A program made the translations under genes and the position numbers. From positions 1-16,363 of the forward strand of contig JBGQGY010000088.1 of the NCBI GenBank assembly GCA_041497675.1: a stretch of DNA of 16,363 nt, in the 5' to 3' direction. The stretch is from a bacterium (lineage in GTDB: Bacteria; Sysuimicrobiota; Sysuimicrobiia; Sysuimicrobiales; Humicultoraceae). Under the pieces are notes generated by a model. It saw only the letters and a program-made list of their open reading frames with translations. It did no database searches and had not been told where the DNA came from. The stretch's first letter is position 1, and each line of letters starts with the position of its first letter. This document shows, piece by piece, positions 1-7,936 of this stretch.

Positions 1-642
1 GAGCCTGATCACCTGGCGACGCTGCTGGCGCTCTACGCCGCACTCGGCGATCAAGAATCCACCGAACCTGATGCCGCGCGCCGCGCGTTGCTGCGACACA
101 CCCGGAACGCGCTGCTCTGGGAGCACATCGGCTGCTGGGTCTTCGCCTATCTCACAAAGATGGAAGAGATCGCGCCACCCTTTTATCAAGCCTGGGCGCG
201 CGTCTTGCGGACGGCGCTGATCGATGCGGCGGGCGACGTCGGTCCGCCCGACCGCCTGCCGCTCCACCTCCGCGACGCGGCGCCGCTGCCCGACCCGCGC
301 ACCGACGGGGTCGATGCGTTTCTTAACGGTCTGCTGGCCATGGCGCGCAGCGGCGTGCTGCTGACACGGGCCGATCTCGTGCGTGGCGGTAGGACGATCG
401 GACTCGCGGTGCGCGTTGGAGACAGACGCTTCCTGATTAGAACATTTCTTGGTCAGGATGCGGAGACCACGTTGGACTGGCTTGCCCGGGAGGCCGACGG
501 CTGGGCTGCGCGCCATCAGACAGTGCGCGACCTGAGCCCCGCGATCGCCGGATACTGGGCGGAGAAAGCGCAGGCGTCGGCCGCCCTGCTTCACACCCTC
601 AGCCACGAGGTGGCCGATACCGACCTATCGAATGTCAGGTAA
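1..642 (+). CDS. TorD/DmsD-family redox enzyme maturation chaperone, 5'-truncated by the window edge, with C-terminal extension
   Basis: Frame is open from base 1 and reads EPDHLATLLALYAAL (the E-P-x-D-H-type TorD/DmsD motif), then LLWEHIGCW and PFYQAWARVL, typical of the family. The TTG start at 88 in the ORF track is internal. Stop TAA at 640-642. Confidence 0.8.
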   Translation, partial: EPDHLATLLALYAALGDQESTEPDAARRALLRHTRNALLWEHIGCWVFAYLTKMEEIAPPFYQAWARVLRTALIDAAGDVGPPDRLPLHLRDAAPLPDPRTDGVDAFLNGLLAMARSGVLLTRADLVRGGRTIGLAVRVGDRRFLIRTFLGQDAETTLDWLAREADGWAARHQTVRDLSPAIAGYWAEKAQASAALLHTLSHEVADTDLSNVR

Positions 643-1030
643 TCTTCCTGAGAGCAAACCCCAGCAGAAGCAGCGCGAGGACCACTGTGGAGACGATGGC
701 GTAGAGACGGTCTCTGCGGACCGCGAAGAAGACTGCGGAGAGCGCGACGCGCAAGACGGGCGTGAAGATCAGCAACAAGACCCCGACATCGATCACGGCG
801 ACCGGCTGACCCTTGAGCGCACCCTGGACGATCCCGCCGAACGTCCTCGGAAGCCCCGCGATGAGCACGTCATGCTCTGAGAACAGTTGCGAGAGCAGCA
901 GCAGTTTGTCGTTACCCGGCGGGATGAGCAGGATCACACCAACGGCGATGATGGCGGCAGAGAGCAGAACGCCGATCAGGAGCACGAGGCCGATTAGATC
1001 CTCGAGGGCGAGGGGCTGCCGGGTCGTCAC
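635..1030 (-). CDS. DUF1634-family membrane protein
   Basis: Three hydrophobic segments; LExLIGxVLxxGV at the N-terminus and GVLLLIFTPVLRV...F...RDRLY signature. GTG start overlaps the tauE stop (GTGA), the usual pairing. Confidence 0.85.
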   Translation of the reverse strand: MTTRQPLALEDLIGLVLLIGVLLSAAIIAVGVILLIPPGNDKLLLLSQLFSEHDVLIAGLPRTFGGIVQGALKGQPVAVIDVGVLLLIFTPVLRVALSAVFFAVRRDRLYAIVSTVVLALLLLGFALRKIT

Positions 1031-1866
1031 GGCCGCAGCCCCCGCAGCACCATAGCCACGCCGACGTAAGCGATGAGGGGTACAAAAAGCAACCGTAGCG
1101 TCCCCGTGCCAAGACGCATCATGAGCCGCGTCCCGATTCCGGCGCCGACGAGAACACCGAGCGCCACCGGCGCGGCGACCAACGGATTCACTTCGCCGCG
1201 AGCAAAGTAGACGCTGGCGCTGGCCGCCGCCGTCACGCCGATCATGAAGTTGCTGGTCGCGGTGGACACCTTCAGCGGGAGCCGCATCGCGACGTCCATC
1301 GCCAGCACCTTGAAGATGCCGCTCCCGATCCCCAACAGACCCGACACGAGGCCCGCGAAGTACATCAAGCCGCTGCCAACGCCTATCCGCCTCGCCGTGT
1401 ACGCTACGTGCTGCCCCGCGGCCGTGTCGTAGTAACTTCCGGTCAGACCAAGCCGCTCGGCGAGCGGATCCGGTGGGCCGGCGTCCGCCAGCGGCGCGCC
1501 GAGACGCACCAGCATGGGCACGACCGAGTAGAGCAACAGCAGGCCGAAAATGAGATACAGCCAGCGAGGCGACAGGAGCCCCGCCAGAAACGCTCCAGAC
1601 AGCGCCCCGGTCGTGGTGGGAATGGCGAGCATAGTACCGATCCGCACGTTCGTCACACGGTCGCGCACATAGGCGGCCGCGGCGCCGCTACTCGTCGCGA
1701 TCACGGATACGATGCTGGCGCCGATTGCGTATTTGATGTTGACGTGGAACAGCAGTGTGAGTGCGGGAACCAGAAACATCCCGCCGCCAAGCCCAAAGAG
1801 CGCCCCGGCGATTCCCGCCGCGACCCCGAGGACGCCGACTTCCAGCATGAACAGCAATGGAGACAT
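1027..1866 (-). CDS. Sulfite exporter TauE/SafE family protein
   Basis: GALFGLGGG..LVP, ASIVSVIATSSGAAAAY, SGLLGIGSG, KVSTATSNFMIGVTAAASA motifs. Start placed at ATG 1866 because GGGAG lies 6 nt upstream. Confidence 0.9.
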   Translation of the reverse strand: MSPLLFMLEVGVLGVAAGIAGALFGLGGGMFLVPALTLLFHVNIKYAIGASIVSVIATSSGAAAAYVRDRVTNVRIGTMLAIPTTTGALSGAFLAGLLSPRWLYLIFGLLLLYSVVPMLVRLGAPLADAGPPDPLAERLGLTGSYYDTAAGQHVAYTARRIGVGSGLMYFAGLVSGLLGIGSGIFKVLAMDVAMRLPLKVSTATSNFMIGVTAAASASVYFARGEVNPLVAAPVALGVLVGAGIGTRLMMRLGTGTLRLLFVPLIAYVGVAMVLRGLRP

Positions 1867-1940
1867 GTGATGCTCCCGGTACGACTTCATCGACGCCGGC
1901 CAAAGGCCTTCTGCAGGCGCAGCGCACAGGCGCCGTCACC

Positions 1941-2276
1941 TCACCCCACGAGTTCGAAGAGTCCCTCGACCAACCTGTTCAGTTCCTCGGGTGAGACCGC
2001 GCCCGCGCGCTTCCCAAGTCGCTCAGTAGAGAGCGTCCGGATCTGACTGATCTTCACCCAGGACGGCTTCGGGAGATGGACACTCGCAACAGGCAGGGTG
2101 AGTGGATAACCGGCCCGCTGGGGTTGGCTGGTCAGCGCAAGCACGATCGCCGTGCCAGACCTCGCGTTGAACACGTCGTGGCTGATGACCAGCACCGGAC
2201 GGGCTCCGGCCCGCTCGCGTCCTCGCGTAGCGCCGAGTTCGGCCCAGTAGATCTCGCCCCTCAGTATGCGGGCCAC
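1941..2276 (-). CDS. mazF: Type II toxin, PemK/MazF family endoribonuclease
   Basis: RGEIYWAEL..GRE..GARPVLVIS..FN, ALTS, SWVKISQIRTLS.ERL motifs; catalytic Arg and Thr positions retained; overlaps the antitoxin 3' end by 16 bp. Confidence 0.9.
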   Translation of the reverse strand: MARILRGEIYWAELGATRGRERAGARPVLVISHDVFNARSGTAIVLALTSQPQRAGYPLTLPVASVHLPKPSWVKISQIRTLSTERLGKRAGAVSPEELNRLVEGLFELVG

Positions 2277-2503
2277 GCGTCCAGGTCTCCGGCAAGGCCC
2301 TCATCGGCGATCGCGCGCTCTTCTTTCGGATCGAGTTTGGCCGCCTCTTCCGCCAGTCGCGTGCGTCGCATGCGATCGAGGCGGTCTCGCACCGCCGCCT
2401 GGATGGCCTGACTCCGGTTCGGGAAACGGCCTGCAGCCACGAGTCGGTCGACCTCCGCAAGGAGCAGCCTGTCCAGGGTGATCGCAATCTTCGCCGAGGG
2501 CAT
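2261..2503 (-). CDS. Ribbon-helix-helix (CopG/NikR-like) antitoxin
   Basis: KIAITLD..LL.EVD.LV..G.FPNRSQAIQ.AV RHH pattern with an acidic C-terminus; AAGGAG SD 8 nt upstream of ATG; directly upstream of mazF. Confidence 0.88.
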   Translation of the reverse strand: MPSAKIAITLDRLLLAEVDRLVAAGRFPNRSQAIQAAVRDRLDRMRRTRLAEEAAKLDPKEERAIADEGLAGDLDAWPAY

Positions 2504-2519
2504 TTCTGCCGCTCCTTAT

Positions 2520-2542
2520 TGGTATGATGAAATATCATACCA
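2520..2542 (-). promoter_or_regulatory. Inverted-repeat operator overlapping an extended -10 of the RHH-mazF operon
   Basis: TGGTATGAT-gaaat-ATCATACCA is a perfect 9-bp inverted repeat; on the minus strand it reads TGgTATGAT (TGn plus TATAAT-like hexamer) just upstream of the SD. Confidence 0.75.
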
Positions 2543-2561
2543 CGGAAGAGGCTACACCGGT

Positions 2562-2715
2562 TAGGCCGATCGGCTATCGCGGGGTCATCTTTTGGTCAGG
2601 GCTTTATTGACGTCCTCGCTGGCCAGATAGCGATCGCCTGCTTCCCGAACCTGCTCGGCCAGCGACTTGCCCAGAATCCGCCCTCTACTCTTTAGGCGCC
2701 GGTGGACTGCGGATC
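2562..2715 (-). pseudogene. Probable remnant of an RHH/CopG-type antitoxin gene
   Basis: Minus strand reads AVHRRLKSRGRILGKSLAEQVREAGDRYLA, resembling RHH helices A and B; no start codon or N-terminal beta strand; stop TGA at 2585-2587. Confidence 0.45.
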
Positions 2716-2726
2716 GTCCGCCGCCT

Positions 2727-3119
2727 CTAAAGCGCTTGGTCCACATCCGTATGCACGAAATCCTTGCCTTTGAACAGTAAGGGTTCTCCGGTGATCTTTG
2801 CGAGCGCGTAGGCGAAGCAGTCCCCGAAATTGAGCTTTGCCGGGTGCCCGCTGCCCCGGCCGAAATCACGGTAGGCGTCACGGGCGACGCGAGCCTGCGC
2901 CTCGGTGACCGGGTCAATGGCAATTTGCGCCGCCTGCAGTAAGTCATCGAAGCCGCGGCTGGCGACAGGATCGCGGCCGCCATCGACGACGACCGCCGTC
3001 TCCACGAAACTGACCGCCGACAACCGTCGACTATTCGCTTGCTGAATCGCCTCCGCGTAGGAGGCCGCCTCGGGCTCGTCGCGGAGGATGGCCAGGAGCG
3101 CCGACGTGTCGATGATCAT
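2727..3119 (-). CDS. vapC: Type II toxin VapC, PIN-domain ribonuclease
   Basis: [36 protein letters not shown]; the four acidic PIN residues are present. ATGA overlap with the antitoxin. Confidence 0.93.
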   Translation of the reverse strand: MIIDTSALLAILRDEPEAASYAEAIQQANSRRLSAVSFVETAVVVDGGRDPVASRGFDDLLQAAQIAIDPVTEAQARVARDAYRDFGRGSGHPAKLNFGDCFAYALAKITGEPLLFKGKDFVHTDVDQAL

Positions 3120-3370
3120 CGCGGCAGCCCGCGCTCGTCGTACAGCAGATCGCCGTGATCGGCGGATCGAAATGGTTCCTTCAGGTGCCGGGCAGTCCTC
3201 TTGCCAATTACCAGCAGCCGGTCGGCGAGACTGCCGTCCTTTGCTTGCCGCACTCGCTCCAGCCGTTCGCGAATGGCCTGGGTGACCGCTGCCGTCATGC
3301 TCTGTCCGGTGAGGTCGGCCAGTTTCTTCGCGAGGCGGTGTGCCTCCGCGTTCTTGATGTTGAAGCTCAC
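3116..3370 (-). CDS. vapB: Type II antitoxin VapB (Rv0623-like family)
   Basis: [29 protein letters not shown]-terminus and [10 protein letters not shown]-terminus, both characteristic of this family; coupled to vapC. Confidence 0.9.
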   Translation of the reverse strand: MSFNIKNAEAHRLAKKLADLTGQSMTAAVTQAIRERLERVRQAKDGSLADRLLVIGKRTARHLKEPFRSADHGDLLYDERGLPR

Positions 3371-3375
3371 AGTTA

Positions 3376-3413
3376 TCTACCTTTCTACCTTAGCCTTATA
3401 TCATTCTACCTTA
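3376..3413 (-). promoter_or_regulatory. Direct-repeat (AAGGTAGA x3) candidate operator/promoter of vapBC
   Basis: TCTACCTT at 3376-3383, 3384-3391 and 3405-3412 in an AT-rich intergenic stretch; the distal copy overlaps a minus-strand TAGAAT -10-like hexamer. Confidence 0.6.
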
Positions 3414-3432
3414 TGGCTCCATTGAGGTCAAG

Positions 3433-4635
3433 TCAGGATGGCGAGGCACGACGGCCGATGCGAGGCAACAGGGCCAGCGCGCTCGCGGCCGCGATCGATC
3501 CGCTGATCGCCAGGGCCGCCGGCACGCCCAGGAACGTCGCCAGCAATCCTACGCCGAACCCGGTCACCTGATTGAAGCCAATCGTGGACGAATAGAATCC
3601 CTGGACGCGCGCCCGCATCGCATCGGAGGCGGCAAGGAGCAGCGTCGTGCCCATGCCCGCGTCATACAGACTCCCCATGACGCCCACCAAGCCCACGAGC
3701 ACCAGCGACGCCGGATACCAGGGCGAGAGGCCAAAGAGTGCGATCGCCAGCCCAAAGCCCATGGCCGTCGTGACCGTGAAGCGGTCTTTGTTCGCCAGGT
3801 CACCGCGGGATGCCAGACCGAGTGTCGCGACCAGCTGTCCGATGCCGCTGGCGGCGGTCAGGTAACCGAGCCCCAGGGCTCCGACCCGGAGCACGTCGCG
3901 GGCCATCACGGGGAGCATCGAATTGTACGAAAAGCCAAATCCCTCGGTCATTAGGCTCAGCCAGAGGAACTGGCGCACCTGGGGCGTCTGCACGGCGTAG
4001 CGGAAGCCGTCCTTCACGGCGCGCAGCAGGGGCTGGGTGATCGTCTTGACCGTCGCGGGCGCGCGCAGGCCCAGGATGCAGCCGGCACTGACCAGGTGCG
4101 CAACCGCCGCCACCCAATAGTTCTGGCCGATGCCGAGGCGATCGATCACGTACCCTCCTGCGACGGCGCCAACCATCCGCACCAAACTGCCGGCCATGAA
4201 GCGGAACACGCTGGCGTTGAGCAGCCGCGCTTCGCCGACCAAGTCGTACATCAGGCCGCTGGATGCCGGCCGCTCGATGGCGGCGGCCAGTCCTGTGATG
4301 ACGGAGAAGATCGCCACGTGCCAGACGCGCACGGCGCCGTGCAGCACCAGCGGCGCAAGCACGGCCAGTCCCGCGGCAGGCGCCAGCTGGGTGAGCCCGA
4401 GCAGCCAGCGGCGATCCGCGCGGTCGGCGATGGCGCCCGCCGGCACGCTGAACACGAACAGTCCGATCCCTCGGGACGCCGCCACCGCGCCGACCCAGAA
4501 CGGGGAGTTCGTCAGCTGCAGCACCAGCCAGCCGTTGGTGAGCGTCTCAAGGGTCCACGCGACGGAGTTGAACAGGGAATGCAGCCACAGCCACGAGAAG
4601 CCGGGGGCGTCGAACGCGAGCAAGGATCTTTTCAC
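3433..4635 (-). CDS. MFS transporter (MFS_3/EntS-like)
   Basis: About 12 hydrophobic segments; WLVLQLTNSPFWVG, motif A-like GAIADRADRR, DGFRYA, MRARVQG. Confidence 0.9.
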   Translation of the reverse strand: MKRSLLAFDAPGFSWLWLHSLFNSVAWTLETLTNGWLVLQLTNSPFWVGAVAASRGIGLFVFSVPAGAIADRADRRWLLGLTQLAPAAGLAVLAPLVLHGAVRVWHVAIFSVITGLAAAIERPASSGLMYDLVGEARLLNASVFRFMAGSLVRMVGAVAGGYVIDRLGIGQNYWVAAVAHLVSAGCILGLRAPATVKTITQPLLRAVKDGFRYAVQTPQVRQFLWLSLMTEGFGFSYNSMLPVMARDVLRVGALGLGYLTAASGIGQLVATLGLASRGDLANKDRFTVTTAMGFGLAIALFGLSPWYPASLVLVGLVGVMGSLYDAGMGTTLLLAASDAMRARVQGFYSSTIGFNQVTGFGVGLLATFLGVPAALAISGSIAAASALALLPRIGRRASPS

Positions 4636-4659
4636 ATTCGCTATGGTAACCTAAGAAGC
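4636..4659. promoter_or_regulatory. Candidate bidirectional leaderless promoter (overlapping -10 hexamers)
   Basis: 24-bp divergent gap with no SD on either side. Plus strand TGgTAACCT (hexamer 4647-4652) lies 7 nt before ATG 4660; minus strand TACCAT (4648-4643) lies 7 nt before GTG 4635. Confidence 0.55.
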
Positions 4660-5619
4660 ATGCCGTCGATCACGGACGTCCCCGGGATCACCGTCGGACA
4701 CGCCACCGATACCGTGGGCATCACCGGCTGCACCGTCGTCCTGTGTGAGGCGGGGGCGATCGCCAGCGGTGAAGCGCGCGGCGGCGCACCGGGGACGCTG
4801 GGCACCTCCCTCTTGCATCCTTCCAATCTCGTCCAAGAGATCCATGGCGTGATGCTGACCGGCGGCAGCGCCTTCGGGCTGGCGGCGGTCGACGGGGTCA
4901 TGCGCTACTTAGATGAGCGCGGCCGTGGGCTCGATGCGCGCGTCGCACGCGTCCCGATCGTCGTGGGAGCGGTCATCTTCGATCTGGGCATCGGTGACGC
5001 GCGGGCGCGGCCCGACAGCGCGATGGGATACGACGCCTGCGGCCGGGCCACACCGGGCCCGGTTGAAGAAGGAAGCGTCGGCGTGGGCACTGGCGCGACT
5101 GTCGGGAAGGTCGTGGGCCCCCGCGGCGCGATGAAAGGCGGCGTGGGTTCGTGGAGCCTGCGGCTCCATGACGGCGCCGTCGTCGGCGCGCTCGTCGTCA
5201 CCAACGCTCTGGGTGATGTGATCGACGAGCACGGTGAGATCATCGCTGGTGGTCTCGACGGCCAGCGCAAGTTCATCCGATCGGCCGAAGCCCTGATCAC
5301 CCGGGCGCCCAACGTCGCCTTTGCCACAAACACCACGCTCGCCGTCATCGCCACCAGCGCGACCCTGACGAAGGCGCAGGCCTGGCGGCTGGCGGTGCAG
5401 GGGCACGCCGGGTTGAGCCGGGCCATCATGCCCTCTCATACGGTCTTCGACGGCGACACGGTGTTCGTGCTCGCGACCGGCACGCACGGTCCTTCAGACC
5501 CAACAAGCGTTGGCGAAGCCGCCGCGCAGTCGGTGGCGGTGGCCGCCAGGCGATCCGTGCGCGCCGCCCGTGGCATGGGTGGGATTCCAGGCTATGTTGA
5601 CCTCTTCGGCGGGGTATGA
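4660..5619 (+). CDS. P1 family peptidase (DmpA/NylC-like Ntn hydrolase, peptidase S58)
   Basis: SITDVPGITVGH, TGCTVVL, RGGAPGT, LTGGSAFGL, VPIVVGAVIFDL, GATVGK, NALGDV, NTT autocleavage site, HTVFDGDTVF. True start ATG 4660; the upstream part of ORF 4096 is antisense to the MFS. Confidence 0.92.
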   Translation: MPSITDVPGITVGHATDTVGITGCTVVLCEAGAIASGEARGGAPGTLGTSLLHPSNLVQEIHGVMLTGGSAFGLAAVDGVMRYLDERGRGLDARVARVPIVVGAVIFDLGIGDARARPDSAMGYDACGRATPGPVEEGSVGVGTGATVGKVVGPRGAMKGGVGSWSLRLHDGAVVGALVVTNALGDVIDEHGEIIAGGLDGQRKFIRSAEALITRAPNVAFATNTTLAVIATSATLTKAQAWRLAVQGHAGLSRAIMPSHTVFDGDTVFVLATGTHGPSDPTSVGEAAAQSVAVAARRSVRAARGMGGIPGYVDLFGGV

Positions 5620-6428
5620 TGGAACATATGAGACTCGCGGTGTCCAGTTTTGCGGCGGTGACGCAGTCGCTCCGGGATGTCGAAGGCGATCTGCTGAAGT
5701 TTGGGCTCGACGTCGAGATCATGTGCGAGCCGCCGCACGCCTGGCCGGCGCCGGTCCCGTGGGCAAACGGCCACGTGCGATCGCTGCATGCCCCGATCCT
5801 GGGCATCAACATCGCCAGTACGAACCCCGGCATCCGCAAGGAATCGGTGATGCAGATATTGGCGACGATCCGCGAGGCCGCACGGCTCGGTGCCGCCGGC
5901 GTCGTCGTCCATCCGGGGATCCCTCCGTATCAAGAAGTCATGCCACGTGACCGTGGCCTGCCGTTTGCCATCGAGTCGCTCCGCCGATGTGCAGAGGACG
6001 CCCAGGCCGCCGGCGTCGAGATCTATCTCGAAAACATGCCGGCGGTTTCGCTCGCCGAAGGCATGCGGCCGATGGGGTTTGCCTACGGTGTGCGGTATGA
6101 GGAGCTCCGGCAGATCTTTGAGAGTGTCGGCCATCCGTCGCTGCGGCTGTGTCTGGACCTGGGCCACGGCTACCTGGCGGGGATGGACGAGCTGCGGGCG
6201 CTGCTGCGCGACCGCGATGTCGTGCACGTCCACGTGAACGACAACCGGGGCCGGCGTGACGATCACCTCGCGTGGGGCGACGGCGAGATCGCCAAGGTCG
6301 TGGACCTCACACGCGACCTCCCACCATCTGTGAAGACAGTCGTGTTCGAGCACGGCAGCCTCGAGGCGTGTGCGGCATCACTGGCGCGCGTCTCGCCGGA
6401 CCTTGCGCAAAGGGGGCAACGCGTATGA
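5616..6428 (+). CDS. Sugar phosphate isomerase/epimerase family (AP_endonuc_2 TIM barrel) metalloenzyme
   Basis: SLHAP, VVVHPG, LENM, LCLDLGH, HVHVNDN.G..DDHL..GDG, VFE metal-ligand pattern; ATGA overlaps on both sides. Confidence 0.85.
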   Translation: MMEHMRLAVSSFAAVTQSLRDVEGDLLKFGLDVEIMCEPPHAWPAPVPWANGHVRSLHAPILGINIASTNPGIRKESVMQILATIREAARLGAAGVVVHPGIPPYQEVMPRDRGLPFAIESLRRCAEDAQAAGVEIYLENMPAVSLAEGMRPMGFAYGVRYEELRQIFESVGHPSLRLCLDLGHGYLAGMDELRALLRDRDVVHVHVNDNRGRRDDHLAWGDGEIAKVVDLTRDLPPSVKTVVFEHGSLEACAASLARVSPDLAQRGQRV

Positions 6429-7936
6429 CTCGGTGGTTGCAGGTCGCGGTCCTCGTGCTTCTGGCGGCGATGATGGCCGTTGCAGCGCCCGCGGGGGCGC
6501 AAACGCCGCGGGACCGGTTGGTCTTCGCGCTCTCCGGCGGACCCGACACGCTCGACCCACAGGCTACGGCCGCCACGCTCGCGTTCCAGGTGAATAAGAG
6601 CCTCTACGATACGCTCGTCGAACCCGACGATGATGGAAAGCTTGTGCCTGCGCTCGCCGAGTCGTGGGCGGTGTCGGCGGATGGGCTCACCTGGACGTTC
6701 AAGCTGCGCTCCGGCGTCAAGTTCCACCACGGCAAGACCCTTGACGCCGGCGACGTGAAAGCCACTTTTGAGCGTATCCTCGACCCGGCGACGCGGTCAC
6801 CGAAGCGCAACGACTTCGGCGCCGTCCGCTCGGTCGAGGCCGTGGACCCGCTGACGGTGCGCATCGTGTTGGGCGAGCGGTTCGCGCCGTTCCTGGCGAC
6901 GCTGGGCCAGGGATGGGGCGCGATCCTGCCGGCCGACCTGATCGCGCGCCGGCAGAACTTCGCGACGCAGCCGGTGGGCACCGGTCCGTTCACCGTGGCC
7001 GAGTGGCAGCGCGACTCGTTCATCCGCCTGCAGCGCTTTGACGGATACTGGCGGAAGGGCGAGCCGAAACTGCGCGAGGTCCTGATCCGGTTCGTCACCG
7101 AACGGGCGGTCAAAGTCGCGGGACTGCTGTCCGCCGAGTTCGACGCGGTCGACGGCGTCGACCCGCTCGACCTGCCCCGCGTGCGCGCCAACGCCAACGT
7201 GAAAATCATTAGACAGGTCACCAGTTTGGTCAACGTGGTGGCCCTCAACAACAGCCGGCCGGCGCTGCGCGACGTGCGGGTGCGCCGGGCCCTCTGGTAC
7301 GCGATCGACCGCAAACAGGTCTTGAAGACCTCCTACGGTGACGAGTCGATCGTGACCAACGTGTTCATGGACGTCGTCAGCCCCTTCTACGCCGACATCG
7401 CCGATCCGTATCCCTACAACCCCGAGCAGGCGAAGAAGCTGCTCGCCGAGGCCGGGTACGCGTCGGGTCTGACCCTCGACCTGGCGCTGCCGCAACCGTA
7501 TCAGGCGCACATCGACGCGGGCCAGCTGGTGCAGGGGATGCTGGCGAAGGCCGGCATCACGGCGCGGCCGCGCGTCGTGGAGTGGGGCTTCTGGCTGTCG
7601 CGCGTCTACGGCGGCGGCGAGTACGACCTCACGATCATCGGTCATACGGGTAAGCTCGACCCGGACGGGCGCCTCGCGGGGTACGGCGATCCGGCTAGGA
7701 ACTATGTGAAGTACGCGAACCAGAAGGTCGAAGATCTGGTGCTGGCCGGTCGGATCACGACCAACCCTGATCTCCGCAAGCGCATCTACACCGAAGTGTT
7801 GAAGCTGATGACCGATGAGGTGATGTTGGTCCCGCTGGGCACGCCGGTGCTCTACGCCGCGACGCAAAAGAGCGTTCGCGACTTCCGGCAGCTCTACGCG
7901 ATCGACACGTACGACTTTCGCACGACCACGAAGTAA
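6425..7936 (+). CDS. ABC transporter substrate-binding protein, family 5 (DppA/OppA/GsiB-like)
   Basis: Sec signal peptide ending AGA|Q; TLDP, LYDTLV, PALAESW..S.DGLTWTFKLR.GVKFH.G, PVGTGPF, VRRAL.YAIDR, YNPEQAKKLLAEAG. Start ATG 6425 overlaps the upstream stop. Confidence 0.93.
   Translation: MTRWLQVAVLVLLAAMMAVAAPAGAQTPRDRLVFALSGGPDTLDPQATAATLAFQVNKSLYDTLVEPDDDGKLVPALAESWAVSADGLTWTFKLRSGVKFHHGKTLDAGDVKATFERILDPATRSPKRNDFGAVRSVEAVDPLTVRIVLGERFAPFLATLGQGWGAILPADLIARRQNFATQPVGTGPFTVAEWQRDSFIRLQRFDGYWRKGEPKLREVLIRFVTERAVKVAGLLSAEFDAVDGVDPLDLPRVRANANVKIIRQVTSLVNVVALNNSRPALRDVRVRRALWYAIDRKQVLKTSYGDESIVTNVFMDVVSPFYADIADPYPYNPEQAKKLLAEAGYASGLTLDLALPQPYQAHIDAGQLVQGMLAKAGITARPRVVEWGFWLSRVYGGGEYDLTIIGHTGKLDPDGRLAGYGDPARNYVKYANQKVEDLVLAGRITTNPDLRKRIYTEVLKLMTDEVMLVPLGTPVLYAATQKSVRDFRQLYAIDTYDFRTTTK

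Noticed and set aside
1867..1945. GC-rich leader of tauE with a short GGCC-TTT-GGCC hairpin, loosely reminiscent of a fluoride riboswitch
   Set aside because: The conserved pseudoknot pairing could not be built; an Rfam/Infernal scan would be needed.
4096..4659. N-terminal extensions in the ORF track (4096 for P1, 6272 for the binding protein, 9615 for the STAND protein, 13183 and 15962 on minus)
   Set aside because: They overlap neighbouring real genes; family similarity, SD sites or stop/start coupling indicate the later starts.
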